A DNA stretch of 64,000 nt from Desulfobacterales bacterium (GCA_051155755.1 DAXETY010000002.1:26860-90859), one strand, 5' to 3'. Shown: positions 35,258-47,249, numbered from the stretch's first letter. The notes: generated by a model from the sequence alone, not told the origin. Made by a program: numbers and translations.

Positions 35258-35605
35258 ATGCAAACCGATTCGGAAAACCGGGCCAACGAACGGACCTCGC
35301 TGGAAATTCCCATCATCGTCAACATTCGAGATGAAAAGCGAATATTCCTGGGCGTACTCTTTAATTATAATGAACAGGGCCTTTATTTCGAATCGAATCT
35401 TTCCCTGGCCCCCGGCACCGTTTTTCGCATCGGTGTCGACATTCCCGGCCTCTCGGTGCCGAATCTTTCCAATGCCGAAGTCCAATGGTGCGCGGAGCTC
35501 GAAGAGCCGGCCGGCTTTTTTCTTTACGGTGTCGGTGCCCGTTTTGCCAGTCCGCTGGACTACCAGCGTTTCTTTCTGCGCGGCCTCCGTCTTCTCCAGA
35601 CCTGA
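35258..35605 (+). CDS. PilZ-like domain protein
   Basis: GGAGGAGGGGG RBS. RANER (RxxxR) and NYNEQG in place of (D/N)xSxxG. Collinear with 33466..33888. Confidence 0.5.
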   Translation: MQTDSENRANERTSLEIPIIVNIRDEKRIFLGVLFNYNEQGLYFESNLSLAPGTVFRIGVDIPGLSVPNLSNAEVQWCAELEEPAGFFLYGVGARFASPLDYQRFFLRGLRLLQT

Positions 35606-35974
35606 AACCGGTTCGAATTCCGCCCGCCTGTCCTTGTTTCCGATGCAGGTATGAAAAGTCCGAGAATGCGGATCGCCCGTTGCAGCGACCTTACCCCGGT
35701 TTAGATTCGGGTTCGGTTGCGTGTCTGCGCAGGGCGGACCACCCGTAGCGGCCCGGCGGCAAGAAGCCGGCGCCCACAACCGGTCTCTTCGATGTTTCCC
35801 CGGTCCTCCATGCCGGGTCTTTTCGGGGCCACAGAAATCAGCGCACACCCTGTGCCAAATCGGGCCGATTCGTGTACCGTTCGGGTTGCAGGTATGCTAT
35901 AGCCGGTCCTAGATTGCCCGGGCCGGATTCCATTTCGGTTTCCCCGGCGGCGCGAATCGGAATGCTTCTCTCTT

Positions 35975-37165
35975 ATGCAAAAAGTCGACAAAGCGATTTT
36001 CGTCACCCTGTTTTTTTCCATATTCGCCACCATCACCGGGGTGGGCATCGTGGTGCCGCTGCTGCCGGTCTATGCGCGGAGCCTGGGTGCCGGCGGTTTC
36101 GCCATCGGACTGATTTTCGGCGCGTTTTCCCTTTCGCGGGTTTTTTTTCTGCCCTATTTCGGCCGTCTCTCGGATCGCAAAGGACGCAAACCACTGATCG
36201 TACCGGGACTGCTGGCATACACCCTGATCTCTTTTGCATTCATGGCCTCCAGCAACATTGTTGCCTTGATTGCGATCCGGTTTTTGCAGGGGATTGCCTC
36301 GGCCATGCTGCTGCCCGTCATTCAAGCGTATGTCGGAGACATCACCTCCGAAGGTCGGGAAGGGTTTACCATGGGACTGTTCCAGATGTCCCTGTTTTTC
36401 GGCTTGAGCCTGGGCCCGGTGCTCGGCGGGGTGATTCATGATCGTTTCGGTTTGAATGCGGCCTTTCTGGGAATGGGAACATTGTCTCTGTTCGGTTTCC
36501 TGCTCAGCATGTTTCTGTTGCCGCCGGCCCGCAAAGAAAGGGCCGTCTGCCGGGGGCGTCCGCCCGCCGAATGGAGGCGGTTGCTGCAGAGTCGGCAGAT
36601 CGCCGCTTTATTCGTGTTCCGTTTTGCCTACACGGCCTGCATCGGCATCATCTGGGGATTTCTGCCGGTCCTTGCCGCTGGTGAATTTTCGCTAACCAGT
36701 GCCATGATCGGCTTTCTGGTCATGCTGGGAATTCTAATCAGCGGAATCATCCACCTGCCCATGGGCTACCTGGCCGACCGCGTTAACAAAAAGTCCCTGG
36801 TGATCATCGGTGGATTGCTGGTCAGCTATGCCGTGGTTTCATACGCCTGGTCCGACAGCCTGATGGAGTTGATTCTGGCCAGTGCCGCCTTTGGGATTGG
36901 TGGCGGCATCTGCATGCCGGCACTCATGGCAGCCGCAGTGACCGTCGGCGACCGCAGTGACGCCATGGGTTCGGTGATGGCCCTGCTTACGGTGTCCCAC
37001 AGCCTCGGCATGCTCTTCGGCTCCATGTCCGCCGGATTGATGATGGACGTTTTCCGGCTGCGGGCCGCATTCCCGCTGGGGGCGATCCTCATGCTGGCCG
37101 GTTCGCTGTTGTTTATGATGCTGTCCCGCGAAGAACGCCCGTTTCACTCACCAAATCGTCTGTAA
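35975..37165 (+). CDS. MFS transporter
   Basis: 12-TM pattern. The GRLSDRKGRKP loop motif between TM2 and TM3. Confidence 0.85.
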   Translation: MQKVDKAIFVTLFFSIFATITGVGIVVPLLPVYARSLGAGGFAIGLIFGAFSLSRVFFLPYFGRLSDRKGRKPLIVPGLLAYTLISFAFMASSNIVALIAIRFLQGIASAMLLPVIQAYVGDITSEGREGFTMGLFQMSLFFGLSLGPVLGGVIHDRFGLNAAFLGMGTLSLFGFLLSMFLLPPARKERAVCRGRPPAEWRRLLQSRQIAALFVFRFAYTACIGIIWGFLPVLAAGEFSLTSAMIGFLVMLGILISGIIHLPMGYLADRVNKKSLVIIGGLLVSYAVVSYAWSDSLMELILASAAFGIGGGICMPALMAAAVTVGDRSDAMGSVMALLTVSHSLGMLFGSMSAGLMMDVFRLRAAFPLGAILMLAGSLLFMMLSREERPFHSPNRL

Positions 37166-37475
37166 AACCCTCCCGTTTTCGTTCGAAATCCGGCGAATAT
37201 CATCTTCACAAACCGGCGTGTTATCACCGGGGGCCGTGTTTGGGCCGATGGAGGGATCCGGTCGCGGTACCGCCCCTTCACCGGATGCCTTCCCGAACCG
37301 GCTCGGCGCTGGGGCGAACGGCTGCGAACTCCCGTAATAACAGGCATTCACAGTGATTGACATTCGTCCGTCTTGCATTACGTTAAAGTCCAGCAAAAAC
37401 CGGTCGATACCTAAAACCGGTGAATGAAAACCGCCTGCAATCATATTACCGACGGGACAGGTAGCTGGGGTCGCA

Positions 37476-38588
37476 ATGGCAGCCAAAAGGGATTACTACG
37501 AAGTGCTGGGCGTTCAGCGCAACGCCAGTGATTCGGAGATTAAAACCGCGTATCGAAAACTCGCCTTACAGTTTCACCCCGATCGGAACCCGGGAAGCAA
37601 AGAAGCTGAAGACAAATTTAAAGAAGCCGCCGAGGCTTACGAAGTGCTGCGGGATGCACACAAGCGCAATCTCTACGATCAATTCGGCCACCAGGGACTG
37701 GAGGGTACCGGCTTTTCCGGTTTCGGCGGCTTCGACGATATTTTTTCCAGTTTCGGGGATATCTTCGAAGACTTTTTCGGCTTCGGCGGTGGAAGACGCT
37801 CGCGCAGCCAAACTCAGCGAGGCGTGGACCTGCGCTACGACATGAGCCTGAGCTTTATGGAGGCGGCCTTCGGTACGGATACCGAAATCGAGGTCGAAAA
37901 GACCGCGCTTTGCGAGGCTTGCAGCGGCAGCGGCGCCGAGCCGGGCACCCGGCCGGAGACCTGCGGCCAATGCGGCGGCAGCGGGCAGATATCGCGCACT
38001 CAGGGATTTTTCACCGTCCGAACCGGCTGTCACACCTGCCGCGGCACCGGTCAAATCATCACCCATCCCTGCAGTGAATGCAATGGAGACGGTCGTGTCA
38101 GGGTTCGGAAAAAAGTGGCCGTTAAAATCCCGGCCGGCGTAGACACCGGCTCGCGCCTGAGGCTGACCGGAGAAGGAGAGGCCGGAATTTACGGCGGCCC
38201 GCCCGGCGATCTGTACGTGTTTATCCATGTCGAATCCCACGACCTCTTCGAGCGTCACAACACCGACGTGCTCTGTCGCATACCGATTTCGTTTGTGCAG
38301 GCCGCACTGGGCGATAAAATCAAGGTGCCGACGCTGACGGGTGAAAAACACATCGAAATCAGAAAAGGCACTCAGCCCGGCGATATTTTCCGCCTGCGCG
38401 GGGAGGGCATCCCCTCGCTGAGAAACGGCAGCCGAGGCGATATGATTTTCCAGTTCAACATTCGCACGCCGACGCACCTGAGCAAAAAGCAGGAATCTTT
38501 GCTCAAAGAATTCGCCAAGCTGGAAAATTCAAAGCTTTCCACGAAAATTAAAAACATTCTACGGGGCGATTCGGCCGGAGCGATGTAG
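37476..38588 (+). CDS. dnaJ: molecular chaperone DnaJ
   Basis: J domain with HPDRNPG, a G/F-rich linker, and four CxxCxGxG motifs ([32 protein letters not shown]). Confidence 0.95.
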   Translation: MAAKRDYYEVLGVQRNASDSEIKTAYRKLALQFHPDRNPGSKEAEDKFKEAAEAYEVLRDAHKRNLYDQFGHQGLEGTGFSGFGGFDDIFSSFGDIFEDFFGFGGGRRSRSQTQRGVDLRYDMSLSFMEAAFGTDTEIEVEKTALCEACSGSGAEPGTRPETCGQCGGSGQISRTQGFFTVRTGCHTCRGTGQIITHPCSECNGDGRVRVRKKVAVKIPAGVDTGSRLRLTGEGEAGIYGGPPGDLYVFIHVESHDLFERHNTDVLCRIPISFVQAALGDKIKVPTLTGEKHIEIRKGTQPGDIFRLRGEGIPSLRNGSRGDMIFQFNIRTPTHLSKKQESLLKEFAKLENSKLSTKIKNILRGDSAGAM

Positions 38589-38644
38589 CCGGCGTTTTTG
38601 CCGATGCCGGTTTATAACCAATCCCGGCCACCGGGGTACCCACT

Positions 38645-39040
38645 ATGTATGAATTAAAAATCGTGACGCAATTTTCCGCAGCCCACCAGCTTCGCATGGT
38701 TGCCGAAAAGTGTGAAAACCTGCACGGACACAACTGGAAAGTGGAAGTCTTTGTGCGGGGGGAATCCCTCGATCCGACCGCGGGAATTCTGATGGACTTC
38801 GGCGAGCTCAAAAAACACGTGGGTGCGGTGGTAAATCGCCTGGACCACAAATTTCTAAATGAAAACGGAATCTTCGGCGATGGATTTCCACCTTCTTCCG
38901 AAAACATCGCCCGCTACATCGCCGAAGCCCTGCAGCGAGAAATTCAATCCGAGGGCGTATGGGTCAGTCGCGTTTCGGCCTGGGAGTCGGAAAACGCCTG
39001 TGCGACCTACATCCCTGCAAACAACGAACCGCAGCCGTAA
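38645..39040 (+). CDS. queD: 6-carboxytetrahydropterin synthase
   Basis: 131 aa. FSAAHQL and CENLHGHNW motifs. Confidence 0.85.
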   Translation: MYELKIVTQFSAAHQLRMVAEKCENLHGHNWKVEVFVRGESLDPTAGILMDFGELKKHVGAVVNRLDHKFLNENGIFGDGFPPSSENIARYIAEALQREIQSEGVWVSRVSAWESENACATYIPANNEPQP

Positions 39041-39149
39041 ACCCGCAGAACCGAAATTCCATCTTCATTGCAGCACTGCTGCATGTTCTTTGCGGCCATA
39101 TCCGGCGCGTTTCCGCGCGGTGAAAGCGCCACCGGGTGGGAACATCGGC

Positions 39150-39725
39150 TCAGGGGCCGTCCCACGGCTCCTGTCGGCGGTATGCCGCCATGAGTTCGTC
39201 GCGGGTGACCACAGCGGACACATCGGCGACTTGCTCGCGGATATTTTCCAGCCCTCCCTCCTGACGATCCACCAGAATCACGGCCTTGACCACCACAAGC
39301 CCTTCGGATCGCGCGCGTTCAATGGCTTTGATCGTAGAGCCACCGGTGGTGGCCACATCGTCGATGATCGCCACCCGGCTTTTGGGGGGAACTTCGCCCT
39401 CGATCCAGCGCACGATGCCGTGGTCTTTCCGGGTTTTTCGAATGGAAAACGCATCGATGGGCTGCTTTCGGAGCTCGGAAACGAATGCGGTGGCCACCGC
39501 GATGGGATCGGCACCGAAGGTCAATCCGCCCACCGCCCGGATGTCCGCGTCCTGCAACGCCTCGAAGACCAGATGCCCCACCAGAAACATGCCGCGCGCA
39601 TTGAGCGTGATGGGTTTGCAGTTCACGTAAAAGCGGCTCGTCCGTCCGGAAACCAGCTTGAAAACGGGCGTCTCGCTGAAACGAAACGACTTTTCGCACA
39701 ACAGTCGGACCAGCTCTTCTTTCAT
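39150..39725 (-). CDS. pyrE: orotate phosphoribosyltransferase
   Basis: PRPP-binding motif [16 protein letters not shown] at 39725 (alternative at 39734). Confidence 0.9.
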   Translation of the reverse strand: MKEELVRLLCEKSFRFSETPVFKLVSGRTSRFYVNCKPITLNARGMFLVGHLVFEALQDADIRAVGGLTFGADPIAVATAFVSELRKQPIDAFSIRKTRKDHGIVRWIEGEVPPKSRVAIIDDVATTGGSTIKAIERARSEGLVVVKAVILVDRQEGGLENIREQVADVSAVVTRDELMAAYRRQEPWDGP

Positions 39726-39998
39726 TCGAACCATCCCTGGTTGATATTGATCCTGGAATTTGAGCGACCGGACAGCCGTGCAGTATATCGGGCCGGCGGC
39801 CGGCATCGCGCCGGGCGTTGACTTCCCGGTCGTATGTGCGATATAAAAAGCCTCCACCGAAAAGGAAGAAGCCGTTCTTTATGGGATTCAGTGGAGGCTT
39901 CGAGCAAGGAAAACTGGGGGCAGCACTCCTTGAACTCGGTCCAATTCCCTATCAGCTTCATTCGATCCGGTCAATTGCAAAAGTCTGGAGAGCCCAAC

Positions 39999-41360
39999 GT
40001 GCGGAGCCCTTATCTCAAGATCCAACGGTGCCTGCGGTTGTGTATGTCGATCGGTCTGATCGCGGCGGTTGGTTGGACCATTTCCGTTCGGCATGCAGGG
40101 GCTGAGCCGCCCGCCGATCCCGCGGCCATGTCCCTGGCTGCAGCGGTGGAAAACGCCATCGAAGCCAACCTGGAGTTGAAGCAGTCCCGGCAGGAAATCA
40201 GCGCTGCCGAGGCAAACCGTAATGTAGAGCGTTCCAACCTGCTGCCGATCTTTTCGACCGACTATCGGTATACGCGCAACGACGACGATACCGGCGGTGC
40301 GTTTGCCGGCGGCTTCAGCGGCACGCTGCGGGACGAATATTCGCTTTCCGCCACGGTCCGTCAGCCGCTGTTCGAGGGATTCTCCCTGATCAACCGCTAT
40401 GAGATCGCCGACATCGGCATCGATGTCGCCGGCCTGAACCAGCGGATTACCCGGCTGGAGGTGATTTTTCTGACCAAGCGGGCTTACTTCACCGTGTTGA
40501 AGAACCAGAAACTGGTGCTGGTGGCCCTCGATTCGGTCAAATTGCTGGAAGCCCAGGTAGACGTGGCCCGCAATTTTTACGAGGTGGGCATGACCCCGCT
40601 CAACGACCTGCTGCAGGTTCAGGTGGAGCTGGCCAACGCCAAACAGGACCTGACCGTTGCCCAGAACAATCTGAACATCGCCGAGTCGGAATTCAACATC
40701 ATCCTGCGCCGGCCGGTCAACGCACCGGTCAACCTGATCGACATTACCGAATATCAGCCACTGATCCGGGATCTCGACCGCTTTCTTTCGCTGGCCGAGG
40801 AAAACCGCTTCGACCTCCTGGTGGCCGACCTGCAGATCCAGGTTGCCGAAAAAGAAGTCACCGTTGCCCGCAGTGGTTACTATCCCTCGGTAAACCTGGA
40901 GGCCACGTGGTTCAGAAGGGGGGCCAACTGGGATCTGAGCGATCAGGAGGAATTCCTGGATCCGGACGGCTGGTCCGTGGCCGGTGTCGCCTCCTGGAAT
41001 TTCTGGGAGTGGGGCCGTACCGCTTACAACGAAAAGGAGAAAACCCATCGCCTGGCCCAGGTCCGGCTCGAAAAACAACGCACCCTGGATACGGCGCGCC
41101 TGGAGGTCGAACGCGCTTTTCTGAACGCGAAACAGTCGGAAAAAAACATCGTGACCGTGGAGGCCGCCATCGAACAAGCCCGCGAAAACTGGCGCATTAC
41201 CCAGGAGCGCTTCAAGGAACAGGTGGCCACGTCCACCGACCTGCTGGTGGCCCAGAACCTGCTGGTTCGCACCCAGAACAACTATTTCAATGCCCTCTAT
41301 GACTTCAAGATTGCCAAGGCCGCACTGCAGCGGGCGATCAATCTGGAAATGCGGGAATGA
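39999..41360 (+). CDS. TolC-family outer membrane channel protein
   Basis: GTG at 39999 after GGAGAG. Signal peptide. Two-fold internal repeat of long coiled helices, typical of the OEP family. Confidence 0.8.
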   Translation: MRSPYLKIQRCLRLCMSIGLIAAVGWTISVRHAGAEPPADPAAMSLAAAVENAIEANLELKQSRQEISAAEANRNVERSNLLPIFSTDYRYTRNDDDTGGAFAGGFSGTLRDEYSLSATVRQPLFEGFSLINRYEIADIGIDVAGLNQRITRLEVIFLTKRAYFTVLKNQKLVLVALDSVKLLEAQVDVARNFYEVGMTPLNDLLQVQVELANAKQDLTVAQNNLNIAESEFNIILRRPVNAPVNLIDITEYQPLIRDLDRFLSLAEENRFDLLVADLQIQVAEKEVTVARSGYYPSVNLEATWFRRGANWDLSDQEEFLDPDGWSVAGVASWNFWEWGRTAYNEKEKTHRLAQVRLEKQRTLDTARLEVERAFLNAKQSEKNIVTVEAAIEQARENWRITQERFKEQVATSTDLLVAQNLLVRTQNNYFNALYDFKIAKAALQRAINLEMRE

Positions 41361-42046
41361 TTCCGGAGGAAGAAAAAAACGCCATCGTCCGGCTTTTCCA
41401 CGTATACCGGAATTTCGGTGCCAAAAATGCCCTGATCGACATTACCCTGGACATCTATAAGAACGAATTTCTGTTCATCAGCGGCCCCAGCGGAGCCGGA
41501 AAGACCACGCTGCTCAAACTGCTCTATCTGGCCGAGACCCTGTCGGATGGTCAGATTCTGGTAAACGGCATCAACCTTGCCCGCATCCCCCGCAAAAACA
41601 TTCCGGCGTTACGGCGCAACTTCGGCATCATCTTTCAGGACTACAAACTGATACCGACCAAGTCCGTCTACGAAAACGTCGCCCTGGTGCTCGAAGCCGC
41701 GGGGCACAATCGCCGGTTCGTTCAGAAAAAAGTCAAAAGCGTCTTGCGAACGGTAGGGATGGAGCAGCGACTCGGCATGCTGCCACCGAGCCTATCCGGT
41801 GGAGAGCAGCAACGCGTTGCCATCGCCCGCGCCGTGGTCGGCGATCCGCAGATCATCCTGGCCGACGAACCCACCGGCAGCCTGGACAATGATGCTGCCG
41901 AACTGATATTCGACTTGCTGAAGAGCTTTCACACCCGCGGCGCCACCGTCGTCATCGCCACCCATGACAAGGAGCGCATCCGCAAAACCGGCGGGCGGGT
42001 CATTCACCTCAGCGGCGGCAGGCTGATCGAAACGCCCGATGTTTGA
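41357..42046 (+). CDS. ftsE: cell division ATP-binding protein FtsE
   Basis: Walker [10 protein letters not shown], signature LSGGEQQR, Walker B ILADEPTG. 229 aa. The ATG overlaps the tolC-family stop (ATGA). Confidence 0.85.
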   Translation: MIPEEEKNAIVRLFHVYRNFGAKNALIDITLDIYKNEFLFISGPSGAGKTTLLKLLYLAETLSDGQILVNGINLARIPRKNIPALRRNFGIIFQDYKLIPTKSVYENVALVLEAAGHNRRFVQKKVKSVLRTVGMEQRLGMLPPSLSGGEQQRVAIARAVVGDPQIILADEPTGSLDNDAAELIFDLLKSFHTRGATVVIATHDKERIRKTGGRVIHLSGGRLIETPDV

Positions 42047-42184
42047 TTTTCCTCGCCGGCAATGTGTGATATGATTGCAGCCGTAAACCGGATGCCGTTC
42101 GGAAGCACGGCTTCGAAAACTCCAGCGGGGGTGGTTGATTCGATCAACGGCGGCAGCGGCATTGATTCCCACCGGACCTGAAAT

Positions 42185-42321
42185 CTGAGTCAACAACCAC
42201 CCGCGAAGCGGGTGGCTTGAATTTTCTTCCTGCGGCACTCGCCGCGGGCAAGAAAAGGCAGAAGCATTTTTGTGCTTCGATGTTGAACTTGCACCGGGTG
42301 CATGGCACCCGGTTTGGGCAA
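42185..42321 (-). repeat. dispersed multi-hairpin intergenic repeat, copy 1
   Basis: The reverse complement aligns almost base-for-base with 55299..55428. Shares its first ~55 nt and its hairpin architecture with 61724..61884. Confidence 0.85.
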
Positions 42322-42332
42322 GAACCAAAAGA

Positions 42333-43208
42333 ATGTTTTACTTCAAACGCGCGATCCAGGACATACGACAGAACCGTTTTCTGAACCTGGTAACCATCGT
42401 TACCATTGCGCTTTCGATTCTGATCGTCAGCGCTTTCGTGCTCTTTTTGCTGAACACCAACGATCTGATCCAATCCTGGGAAAAGGGGATGCGGATCATG
42501 GTCTATCTGGAGTCGAATCTGCCCGGGCCGCAGATTTCGGGCATCGAGGACCGCATCCGCAAATTCGAAGGCGTGGAATCGGTGCGTTTTATCTCGCGGG
42601 AAGTCGCCCTGGCGCAGCTGAAGGAACAGATGGGGCGCCAGTCTTCCCTGCTGGAAAATCTGCGCGAGAACCCGTTGCCGGATTCATTCGAAATCAGCCT
42701 CACAGCCGGAAGACAAACCGCCGCAAGAATCGAATTGTTGGCCCGTCGAATCGAAACGCTGCCGGAAGTTGCCGAAGTTGAATACGGCCAGCGCTGGATT
42801 AAACGGTTTTCGGGCGTTTTGCAGCTGTTTCGCCTGGCTGGCTATGCCCTGGGAGGTCTGTTTTTCCTGGCGGCCATATTCTTTGTTGCCAATACCATCC
42901 GGTTGGTGCTCTACTCCCGCCGCGAGGAAGTGGCCATCATGCGACTGGTGGGCGCCGAAGACCGTTTCATCAAAACCCCTTTCTACATTCAGGGACTGAT
43001 TCAGGGGGCTTTGGGAGGCCTCATCGGTCTGTCCGGCCTGCTTCTGCTGTTTTTGCTGGTTTCCTCCAACGTGGAGCAAAGTCTGACAACCGGAATGTTT
43101 CAGATTCACTTCCTGCCGTTGCGCTGGCTGGCGCTCATCCTGCTGGCCGGCATGCTGGTGGGATGGCTGGGTTGTTTTTTGTCGCTGCGACAGCACCTGG
43201 AACAATGA
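42333..43208 (+). CDS. ftsX: cell division permease-like protein FtsX
   Basis: ATG at 42333 (MFYFKRAIQDIRQNRF). One TM, a periplasmic domain of about 100 aa, then three C-terminal TMs. Confidence 0.85.
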   Translation: MFYFKRAIQDIRQNRFLNLVTIVTIALSILIVSAFVLFLLNTNDLIQSWEKGMRIMVYLESNLPGPQISGIEDRIRKFEGVESVRFISREVALAQLKEQMGRQSSLLENLRENPLPDSFEISLTAGRQTAARIELLARRIETLPEVAEVEYGQRWIKRFSGVLQLFRLAGYALGGLFFLAAIFFVANTIRLVLYSRREEVAIMRLVGAEDRFIKTPFYIQGLIQGALGGLIGLSGLLLLFLLVSSNVEQSLTTGMFQIHFLPLRWLALILLAGMLVGWLGCFLSLRQHLEQ

Positions 43209-43236
43209 TACCGAGTTGCAAAAAGGAGTTGCGGTT

Positions 43237-44613
43237 ATGAAACGCTGCCGGCGTTGCCTTGTCGCCGCCCTATTCGTGTTTATTATCGGGCATGCACAGA
43301 GCCGGGCGGAAGAAATCGGTATCGTTTTGGTCGAAAATCTCAATCTCAGGCCACAGGCCGGCATGGAAACCCCGGCGCTGGACCAGCTGGGAAAAGGCAG
43401 TGCGGTCGTTATTTTGAGCCGCCACAACGGATGGCTGCAGGTCCGGCACCAAGACCGCGTCGGCTATGTCAAGGACAGCCCGGATTATATTCGGATCGTC
43501 ACGGTGGCTGCGGACGGCGACCACTCCAGATTGGACGGCTACCGCCAGGAGGCCGAAAAGCTCGACCGGGAGCTTCAAACCGCCGAAAATGCCTTGCGAC
43601 AGACCGCCCAGGAAGAAAGTGCGGTGCTGGACAAAATCGACGCCCTCGCACGCAACATTCACAGCATCCGACGCAAGATTGCCGCCGGCCGGATGGAACT
43701 GGAAGCACTGGAGAAGCAGATCGAAGCCAATCGAGACGCCTATGAGAAATTGAGGCAACACATCGAAAACAACGACGAGTACGTAGCCGGGCGCCTGGTG
43801 GCGCTCTTTAAATTAAACCGGTACGGCACACTTCCGTTTCTGGCCTCGGCGGATTCCCTATCCGAACTGCTCCAGCGCAAGAAATCCCTGGAGTATATTC
43901 TGCGACACGATGAAACGGTCCGCGACAAGCTGACGCAGGACCTGGAACAACGCCGGCGCATCGGCCAACAATTGCAGGACCAGAAAGCCCGCAGGCGCCG
44001 CGTAGAGATGACCTTGGAAACCGACCTGCGCGCCCTGGCGGATCGAAAATCGAAACGGGAACAAATACTGGCTCGCATTCGGAACGAAAAATCCCTGCAG
44101 CAGGAGGCGATCGATTCACTCAAAGAAGCGGCCGAAACACTGGATCGTACCGTGGCAAACTTGATGGAATCGGAGCCCAAAACCATCGAGAACCCTTCGC
44201 TGACGTCGTTCTCGTCGCTGAGGGGCTTGCTAAAAATGCCGGTACAGGGTAAGATTATTAACTTTTTCGGGCCTCAGAAAAACGCACGATTCAACGTCAC
44301 CGTCTTCCGCAGCGGGATCGACATACAGGCCGACTCCGGAGCGGTGATCCAGGCCGTGTTTGCTGGACGCGTGATGTATGCCGACTGGTTCAAAGGCTAT
44401 GGTAATCTGATCATTATCGATCATGGCGACAGTTACTACACCGTTTACGCACATCTGGAAACGCTGTTAAAAAAAACGGGGGAAACCGTAAATACCGGAG
44501 AGGATATCGCGACCGTCGGCGACACGGCACTGATGGCGGAGCCGGTTCTGCATTTCGAAGTCCGCCATCATGGCACCCCCCTGGATCCATTGGAATGGAT
44601 CATGCGGGGCTAG
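43237..44613 (+). CDS. EnvC-like murein hydrolase activator (SH3 + coiled coil + degenerate LytM/M23 domain)
   Basis: AAGGAG RBS and a signal peptide. Long coiled coil. C-terminal M23 fold in which the first metal-ligand context reads RSGIDI rather than HxGxD. Confidence 0.8.
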   Translation: MKRCRRCLVAALFVFIIGHAQSRAEEIGIVLVENLNLRPQAGMETPALDQLGKGSAVVILSRHNGWLQVRHQDRVGYVKDSPDYIRIVTVAADGDHSRLDGYRQEAEKLDRELQTAENALRQTAQEESAVLDKIDALARNIHSIRRKIAAGRMELEALEKQIEANRDAYEKLRQHIENNDEYVAGRLVALFKLNRYGTLPFLASADSLSELLQRKKSLEYILRHDETVRDKLTQDLEQRRRIGQQLQDQKARRRRVEMTLETDLRALADRKSKREQILARIRNEKSLQQEAIDSLKEAAETLDRTVANLMESEPKTIENPSLTSFSSLRGLLKMPVQGKIINFFGPQKNARFNVTVFRSGIDIQADSGAVIQAVFAGRVMYADWFKGYGNLIIIDHGDSYYTVYAHLETLLKKTGETVNTGEDIATVGDTALMAEPVLHFEVRHHGTPLDPLEWIMRG

Positions 44614-44615
44614 CG

Positions 44616-44676
44616 CCGCATGCATTCAGCCGCCCACCCTGCGTGGGCCGGCGGGTTTGCGGCTGGATTCATGCGG
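44616..44676 (+). other. 18-bp-stem intercistronic hairpin
   Basis: CCGCATGCATTCAGCCGC pairs with GCGGCTGGATTCATGCGG: 16 Watson-Crick pairs, one G-U wobble and one mismatch. The loop holds a nested CCCAC/GTGGG hairpin. No T-run follows. Confidence 0.5.
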
Positions 44677-44726
44677 ACGCGAAACGCTAAGAAAATACAG
44701 CGGAACCGGCATAAAGGAGAAACTTC

Positions 44727-46087
<1,361 letters not shown>

Positions 46088-46088
<1 letters not shown>

Positions 46089-47101
46089 TGACAACCCGCA
46101 AACCACGCAAAAAAGCACCAACGAAAGGCCGGCGGCGATCAACCAAAAGGCCGGCACTGGGTCTTTCCCTGCTGAAAGTGCTGGCCGGCCTGGCGGTGCT
46201 GGTGGCCCTGGTGGTGGCCGCCGGAATGCTGGCCCATCATTTCATTCAATACCGTCCGCAGACGGCCCGGCTTCTGCCGACGAGACCCCAGAAGCCGGAA
46301 CTGCCGTTGCACCGGCGGCCGGAGTTGGAACCGTCACCGGATCGGATCCCGGAGGTTCCCGCCCCGGACATGCGGCCGCAGCCGCCGGAAAAAACACCGG
46401 CGCCGCCGAAGGTGGCCATCATCATCGACGATATCGGCTATGATCGTGCCATGGCCCGCAAACTGCTCGCGCTGGATACGGACCTGACCTTCTCCGTCCT
46501 GCCCTTTGCCCCGCACAGCCGATCCATCGCCCTGGAAATCCGGCGCCGGGGCAATGAACTGATGCTGCATCTGCCCATGGAGCCCCAAGAGTACCCTGCC
46601 GTCGATCCGGGACCCGGTGCCCTGCTGTCGGCCATGACGCCGGACGAGCTGTTGCTGCAGTTGCGCAAAAACCTGGACGCCGTGCCGGGAATCAAAGGCG
46701 TCAACAATCATATGGGCTCGCGCCTGACCGCCGAATCCAGTCGGATGTATCAAATCTTCACCGTCCTGAAAGAAGAAGGGGTTTTTTTCATCGACAGCCG
46801 TTCCACCCCGCATACCATGGGCCGTTCGTCGGCGCGCATGTTCCGTCTGCCTTTTGCCGAACGGGATGTGTTTCTGGACCATGAAAAAGACCCGGATTTT
46901 ATCCGCCGCCAGATCGAGCAAACGATTCGGATTGCCAAAGAAAACGGGCAGGCGGTGGCCATCGGCCATCCTTACGCGGCGACCTATCAGGTGCTGCAGG
47001 AAATGTTGCCCGCAATCAAACGCCAAGTCCAATTGGTGCCGGCTTCTTCGGTCGTCAAAGTGCTGAAAGACGACGGCACGCAGGTCGCCCACTCCCGCTG
47101 A
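46088..47101 (+). CDS. divergent polysaccharide deacetylase family protein (YibQ-like)
   Basis: N-terminal TM, Pro-rich linker, then VAIIIDDIGY...HLPMEP...NNHMGS, typical of the YibQ family. Confidence 0.8.
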
Positions 47102-47249
47102 CCGCCCCCCCTAAGCGGACAACCGGTTCGAACACAGCCGGTTTTGCCAATCGACAAATCGATTCACGGTTTTCCCCGCTTTTCAACTTGCCAGCCGCTG
47201 GCAGGTGCTTACCATTGAAAAGAACCGTCATCGAAACCGGAATTTCATC

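Noticed and set aside
47119-47146. GGTTCGAA-containing stretches (47121 and 35609) checked as tRNA T-arms, and the hairpin after the yibQ-like gene.
   Set aside because: No acceptor, D or anticodon arms can be built around them. The 47121 hairpin has only a 6-bp stem with an 11-nt loop, too weak to call a terminator with confidence.
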